64,000 bases of DNA from Tubulanus polymorphus. Taxonomy: Eukaryota > Animalia > Nemertea. The stretch spans positions 1,446,131 through 1,510,130 of the forward strand of contig NC_134033.1 of assembly GCF_964204645.1 (NCBI RefSeq), written 5' to 3'. Positions 57,601 through 64,000 of this stretch are shown in pieces. The translations under genes and the position numbers were made by a program. The stretch's first letter is position 1, and every line of letters begins with the position of its first letter. Below the pieces are notes generated by a model. The model was not told where the DNA came from, did not search any database, and saw only the letters and a program-made list of their open reading frames with translations.

Positions 57601-60600
57601 GATCAGCTGGTATTCACACTGTTCTAGGGGTAACCCGTAAGGTCAGCTGGTATTCACTCTGTTCTAGGTGTAACCAGTAAGATCAGCTGGTATTCACTCT
57701 GTTCTAGGGGTAACCAGTAAGATCAGCTGGTATTCACTCCATTCTAGGGGTAACCCGTAAGATCAGCTGGTATTCACACTGTTCTAGGGGTAACCAGTAA
57801 GATCAGCTGGTATTCACTCCGTTCTAGGGGTAACCCGTAAGATCAGCTGGTATTCACTCTGTTCTAGGTGTAACCAGTAAGATCAGCTGGTATTCACTCC
57901 GTTCTAGGTGTAACCCGTAAGATCAGCTGGTATTCACACTGTTCTAGGGGTAACCCGTAAGATCAGCTGGTATTCACTCTGTTCTAGGGGTAACCCGTAA
58001 GATCAGCTGGTATTCACACTGTTCTAGGGGTAACCAGTAAGATCAGCTGGTATTCACACTGTTCTAGGGGTAACCCGTTAGGTCAGCTGGTAAAATACTT
58101 AATTGGCATGCAGTATTCGCGGCACGCTTGCTCTGTGTCGAAATTGTTGGCATTCCCTTCGCAACCACCGTAGGTAAATTGAGTACACTGCGTTCCATCG
58201 AAGTAGTATCTATCTTTCGCTGCTTTGCACGGCCCTGCTTCACGTGGTAAGGAACAGCGGTCGTATTCTGTGCCATTTTAAACAACAAGAAATCAAAATC
58301 ATTTTTACCATCAGTTTTTAGAAGAAGATATCAAATTCTTTCAATCGGAAGCTTCTAAGATCAATTCCTAACGGAGGTGTTGAATCTCGGGGTTAGTTTA
58401 TCTGGTCAGTGTGGTGAACTATTTGTAAGAGTAAAGTTATCACCAATATAGAGCAAATTGGCCCTAGACTAAGTTGTTAGATTGGTTATAGAACCAAAAT
58501 GAGCTTAGACTGGTCTTAAGATGTTAGATTGACTTAACAACCAAAATGAGCTTAGACTGGTCTTAAGTTGTTAGATTGGTTATAGAACCAAAATGAGCTT
58601 AGACTGGTCTTAAGTTGTTAGATTGGTTATAGAACCAAAATGAGCTTAGACTGGTCTCAAGATGTTAGATTGACTTAAGAACCAAAATGAGCTTAGACTG
58701 GTCTTAAGTTGTTAGATTGGTTATAGAACCAAAATGAGCTTAGACTGGTCTTAAGTGTTTAGATTGGTTATAGAACCAAAATGAGTTGTTTTGTTTATTT
58801 GACTTGTTTTGTTTATTTGACTTGTTTTGTTTATTTGACTTGTTTTGTTTATTTGACTTGTTTTGTTTATTTGACTTGTTTTGTTTATTTGGTTTCTCTG
58901 GTTTGTCCTGATTTCCCGGTGCTCCAGAGTCTGGAAAAAGCAATTTCAAAACATCTGCAGTGGTTCCAGGTTTCAGAATGTCTGGAGGGCCTTGTTCCAG
59001 GCTTCAGGATGTCTGGATGGCCTTGGTCCAGGCTGAATATTGATAAAAGGTGGCGCTGCTAACACTGGTATCTTAGTTAAATGTTTTAATTTCTTAGAAT
59101 TTTTGTAACTTACCAGTGCAGGTTTCCTTGCATTCTTTCAATGACATAAATATGTTGTTTATTCCTGGACATTTGTCTTTAGGATGTTTCTTACATTTTT
59201 GTGCCGAAGGGTCAAAATAATAGGCTCCTGTCTCCACTCTGCAGACGCCTTGACTGCTGTCGGCTGGCAGTACCGCACAGGGTGTTTTATCAACATCTGT
59301 AACATGTGTGAGGAGAGAAAAAATTATTGAAATTTCATAATTCACGCTGTTCAAGGGGTAACCAGTAAGATCAGCTGGTATTCACTCTGTTCTAGGTGTA
59401 ACCAGTAAGATCAGCTGGTATTCACACTGTTCTAGGTGTAACCAGTAAGATCAGCTGGTATTCACTCTGTTCTAGGTGTAACCAGTAAGATCAGCTGGTA
59501 TTCACTCTGTTCTAGGTGTAACCAGTAAGATCAGCTGGTATTCACACTGTTCTAGGTGTAACCAGTAAGATCAGCTGGTATTCACTCTGTTCTAGGTGTA
59601 ACCAGTAAGATCAGCTGGTATTCACACTGTTCTAGGTGTAACCAGTAAGATCAGCTGGTATTCACTCTGTTCTAGGTGTAACCAGTAAGATCAGCTGGTA
59701 TTCACTCTGTTCTAGGTGTAACCAGTAAGATCAGCTGGTATTCACACTGTTCTAGGTGTAACCAGTAAGATCAGCTGGTATTCACTCTGTTCTAGGTGTA
59801 ACCAGTAAGATCAGCTGGTATTCACTCCGTTCTAGGGGTAACCAGTAAGATCAGCTGGTATTCACTCTGTTCTAGGGGTAACCCGTAAGATCAGCTGGTA
59901 TTCACTCTGTTCTAGGGGTAACCCGTAAGATCAGCTGGTATTCACACTGTTCTAGGGGTAACCAGTAAGATCAGCTGGTATTCACACTGTTCTAGGGGTA
60001 ACCCGTAAGGTCAGCTGGTAAAATACTTAATTGGCATGCAGTATTCGCGGCACGCTTGCTCTGTGTCGAAATTGTTGGCATTCCCTTCGCAACCACCGTA
60101 GGTAAATTGAGTACACTGCGTTCCATCGAAGTAGTATCTATCTATCGCTGCTTTGCACGGCCCTGCTTCACGTGGTAAGGAACAGGGTGTTTTATCAACA
60201 TCTGTAACATGTGTGAGGAGAGAAAAAATTATTGAAATTTCATAATTCACGCTGTTCAAGGGGTAACCAGTAAGATCAGCTGGTATTCACTCTGTTCTAG
60301 GTGTAACCAGTAAGATCAGCTGGTATTCACACTGTTCTAGGTGTAACCAGTAAGATCAGCTGGTATTCACTCTGTTCTAGGTGTAACCAGTAAGATCAGC
60401 TGGTATTCACTCCGTTCTAGGGGTAACCCGTAAGATCAGCTGGTATTCACTCTGTTCTAGGGGTAACCAGTAAGATCAGCTGGTATTCACACTGTTCTAG
60501 GGGTAACCCGTAAGATCAGCTGGTATTCACACTGTTCTAGGTGTAACCAGTAAGATCAGCTGGTATTCACTCTGTTCTAGGTGTAACCAGTAAGATCAGC

Positions 60601-62087
60601 TGGTATTCACTCCGTTCTAGGTGTAACCCGTAAGATCAGCTGGTATTCACACTGTTCTAGGTGTAACCCGTAAGGTCAGCTGGTAAAATACTTAATTGGC
60701 ATGCAGTATTCGCGGCACGCTTGCTCTGTGTCGAAATTGTTGGCATTCCCTTCGCAACCACCGTAGGTAAATTGAGTACACTGCGTTCCATCGAAGTAGT
60801 ATCTATCTATCGCTGCTTTGCACGGCCCTGCTTCACGTGGTAAGGAACAGCGGTCGTATTCTGTGCCATCTTAAACAACAAGAAATCAAAATCATTTTTA
60901 CCATCAGTTTTTAGAAGAAGATATCAAATTCTTTCAATCGGAAGCTTCTAAGATCAATTCCTAACGGAGGTGTTGAATCTCGGGGTTAGTTTATCTGGTC
61001 AGTGTGGTGAACTATTTGTAAGAGTAAAGTTATCACCAATATAGAGCAAATTGGCCCTAGACTAAGTTGTTAGATTGGTTATAGAACCAAAATGAGCTTA
61101 GACTGGTCTTAAGATGTTAGATTGACTTAAGAACCAAAATGAGCTTAGACTGGTCTTAAGTTGTTAGATTGGTTATAGAACCAAAATGAGCTTAGACTGG
61201 TCTTAAGTTGTTAGATTGGCTATAGAACTAAAATGAGCTTAGACTGATCTTAAGTTGTTAGATTGGCTATAGAACCAAAATGAGTTTAGACTGGTCTTAA
61301 GTTGTTAGATTGGCTATAGAACTAAAATGAGCTTAGACTGGTCTTAAGTTGTTAGATTGGCTATAGAACTAAAATGAGTTTAGACTGGTCTTAAGTTGTT
61401 AGATTGGTTATAGAACTAAAATGAGTTTAGACTGGTCTTAAGATGTTAGATTGACTTTAGAACTAAAATGAGTTTAGACTGGTCTTAAGTTGTTAGATTG
61501 GTTATAGAACTAAAATGAGTTTAGACTGGTCTTAAGATGTTAGATTGACTTTAGAACTAAAATGAGTTTAGACTGGTCTTAAGATGTTAGATTGACTTAA
61601 GAACCAAAATGAGTTTAGACTGGTCTTAAGTTGTTAGATTTTTTATAGAACTAAAATGAGTTTAGACTGGTCTTAAGATGTTAGATTGACTTTAGAACTA
61701 AAATGAGTTTAGACTGGTCTTAAGATGTTAGATTGACTTTAGAACTAAAATGAGTTTAGACTGGTCTTAAGATGTTAGATTGACTTAAGAACCAAAATGA
61801 GTTTAGACTGGTCTTAAGTTGTCAGATTGGTTATATAACCAAAATGAGCTTAGACTGGAAATCATGAATTATCTGATGTTTAAAGGGTTATTCCGTGCAT
61901 AAGTTCCGTACTTTAGTCTTACCTTCCGTTAAAAGAATAGCGCCATCTACGATTCCGAGTGTGACTGTTGCCACAGTTAGGCAAACCTGACAACGAAATA
62001 TCAGTAGGAAGTAAGTAAATACATCTCAAAATGAAATAATCGAAATCATTGAAAATCATATATTACCATTAGTAAAACGGGTTTCAT
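54666..62087 (-). CDS. Secreted Kunitz/BPTI-type protease inhibitor (or toxin-like) gene with up to 7 Kunitz exons and a basic low-complexity tail
   Basis: Signal-peptide exons 62087-62067 (MKPVLLM) and 61986-61923 ([21 protein letters not shown]). Kunitz exons 60869-60696, 60201-60031, 59296-59114, 58276-58103, 57408-57238, 56703-56533 and 55198-55016 (type 1: [37 protein letters not shown]...C). Tail exons 58930-58740 (truncated duplicate) and 54832-54666. AATAAA lies at about 54605-54610. How the exons join is uncertain (see findings). Confidence 0.8.
55256..60683. repeat. 40-bp minisatellite in five intronic arrays (55256-56520, 56761-57226, 57466-58090, 59354-60018, 60259-60683)
   Basis: Highly homogeneous taaccagtaagatcagctggtattcactctgttctaggtg units. 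Confidence 0.98.
61037..61857. repeat. 47-bp minisatellite, about 17 copies (also 58465-58786)
   Basis: Units read agactggtcttaagttgttagattggttatagaaccaaaatgagctt. Confidence 0.97.
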
Positions 62088-63334
62088 TGTTGTCTCCTGT
62101 TACCACGTCGACCAGTGAATATAGCCGGTCAGTTCGTCGCGATGTCGTCTTATAGAAACTGTCGCAGGCGAACACGTGTAATTTGCGTTGACGTGTAAAC
62201 TGATTTGTAACACACGTCTGTGGTCGGATCTATTGTGATCGTCGCTGATTTAACTCGCATTGTTGCATCTTTTCGTATCTGAAATCGCTCGTTGTCGAGG
62301 GAAATCGATTCCGAGATCGACATCTCTTCAACGTGTCAAATTTATCAGACAAATAGATATGTCATTTATTGCTGCCGACATCAATCCCCCTACGACATCA
62401 TCGAAATGTCTCTAGATCATTTGGCCCTTCTCAAAAAAGATGGCAGCCTCCAAAAATCCCCTATGACATCATCAAATTGTCTCTAGATCATTTGGCCCTT
62501 CTCAAATAAAATGGCAGCCTCCAAAAATCCCCCTATGACATCATCAAATTGGCTCTAGATCATTTGGCCCTTCTCAAAAAAGATGGCAGCCTCCAAAAAT
62601 CCCCCTATGACATCATCAAATTGTCTACTAGCGATTTGATATTTAGACGCTTCCTGGAAAGATGTCAGCCTCCATAAATCCTCCTATGACATCATCAAGC
62701 ACTGATCATACCGTTTAGCATTTTGATTTATTTTTCTCCATTGCTTGTTTCTACGGACTGATCCGGTTTTTAGTTTTACCCGCTCGTTCCCGTTTTTATA
62801 GAACCTGCTTTTTAGCTTTTTTTTCTCGAAATGAAAATCGTTTTCGATACAAAAAAAAAAACCGTCGACAACAATATCATTGATCGTCTTACGCTCATCG
62901 CCATGACGACTATTACTGCCGATTGTAACGGAATCTACCGCGGCAGCAGTCGTCGACGGCGACGGGGATGATGACAGCATCTCCGGGCGGACGCAGTATC
63001 CGGGATGATGCTGCAGGGAACACCAGGATGAAGCGTCTTGGCTTCGTTTAGTCTCCGGATGGTCGTTAGATTAGGAATGGATTAAAGGAACGGATTATCA
63101 AATGTTAATCCGTCGGATTATCAGAATGGATTAGAATGGGGCGTCGACTCCGGTTTTAAGGAATGTTAGAATTTTCATTTTTCGCGTTTTTAACGGAATT
63201 CTAATTCGATGCACGCGATCGGTTGCGTAATAATAAGACGTCTAGAAATGCAGTCGGTCGGCCATATTGGATTGTATATATGTACGTGCGTTCTGCGCGA
63301 GTTGAATCGTTTCTGCGACTGTTCGCTTTGCACG

Positions 63335-63410
63335 ATGGCTTATAGTACGTTCAGTCATGTGACCGGGCGTCTGCTTAATCACCTGACTATCTTCCCTAAA
63401 CCTATCACCG
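63335..63410 (+). CDS. Putative alternative first coding exon (MAYSTFSHVTGRLLNHLTIFPKPIT) splicing to 63988
   Basis: ATG 63335 runs to a phase-1 donor ACCG|GTAAGA. The downstream acceptor TATTTTCAG|AGTTACGAGAGGA stays open (ELRE..) to the window end. Confidence 0.45.
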
Positions 63411-63447
63411 GTAAGATGATGATGTTATTTACGGTCTTGCGGTTTAA

Positions 63448-63722
63448 CCCTTTCAGTGCGTCTACACCGCAGTGCGGTGTATGAATCGGTGATGGATTTT
63501 GCTAGTACACCGCACTGCGGTGTATTGATGTAATTAATAATTAGTTTTTATCTCTATTGAAAGATGGCGGCACCTGTCGAACATAGTGAAATAGTAGTAA
63601 CTAACAATACACCGCATCGTGGTGTAGATGCACTATAGTGGTATTCCAGTTATTCAACACACTGGGGTGGAATTTTTCAAAATTTTCAAAATTATCTCCA
63701 GCACTATAGGGTATTGAAAGGG
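63448..63722. mobile_element. piggyBac-like MITE
   Basis: TTAA|CCCTTTCAGTGC...ATTGAAAGGG|TCAA; homologous to 5149-5407. Confidence 0.75.
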
Positions 63723-64000
63723 TCAAGCTTATTTCAGAATTAGGCTCGGCTTTTAGGGGCCAAGACTCGAGACCAGTCTGAACGGGGGCTGATCCCGGGG
63801 CGGACAAAGAAATGAATAGGGTACATTATGTGCTGAATAGAGCGAGTTGATTATCCACGCAGACTGAACAAGGGTCTGGGATATTATGAAATTTTTAAGT
63901 ACGTTTTCATGCAGAGCACTTGAGAATATAAACTAAATCTCGCGCTGCAGACGAGTGCCCCGAAAAATATCGCCGTTGTATTTTCAGAGTTACGAGAGGA

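Noticed and set aside
55256-60683. Regular 40-bp repeats resembling a CRISPR array
   Set aside because: The units are head-to-tail with no unique spacers, there are no cas genes, and the context is eukaryotic introns. The same applies to the 69-, 34-, 47- and 109-bp arrays.
62850-63060. GC-rich coding-like stretch
   Set aside because: The + strand frames close quickly and no clear splice sites were found; probably promoter or 5' UTR.

Overview
Intron-rich animal genomic DNA, probably an invertebrate and lophotrochozoan-like (inferred from gene content only; there are no prokaryotic features). Exons were assembled by hand from GT-AG sites and reading-frame phase. (1) A 58-exon + strand gene (2205-32543, about 2555 aa) encodes a secreted matrilin-like protein with 8 vWA domains, 10 full EGF domains, 13 four-cysteine half-EGF exons and 7 two-cysteine mini-modules. 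(2) DCAF1/VprBP lies on the - strand with its whole CDS in one exon. (3) A 3-exon 130-aa orphan gene sits behind X-box-like motifs. (4) Two tandem intronless peptide/FMRFamide-receptor-like GPCRs follow. (5) A - strand secreted multi-Kunitz gene has 7 Kunitz exons and a basic RGG tail, and is probably nested in an intron of a + strand gene that runs off the window. Introns are full of MITEs and minisatellites, several visibly derived from the MITEs. The two most notable signals are an array of minimal Penelope-type hammerhead ribozymes in a 69-nt tandem repeat (797-1172), and five Kunitz exons that all carry TT instead of GT at the expected 5' splice site and read into a stop codon supplied by a 40-bp satellite.
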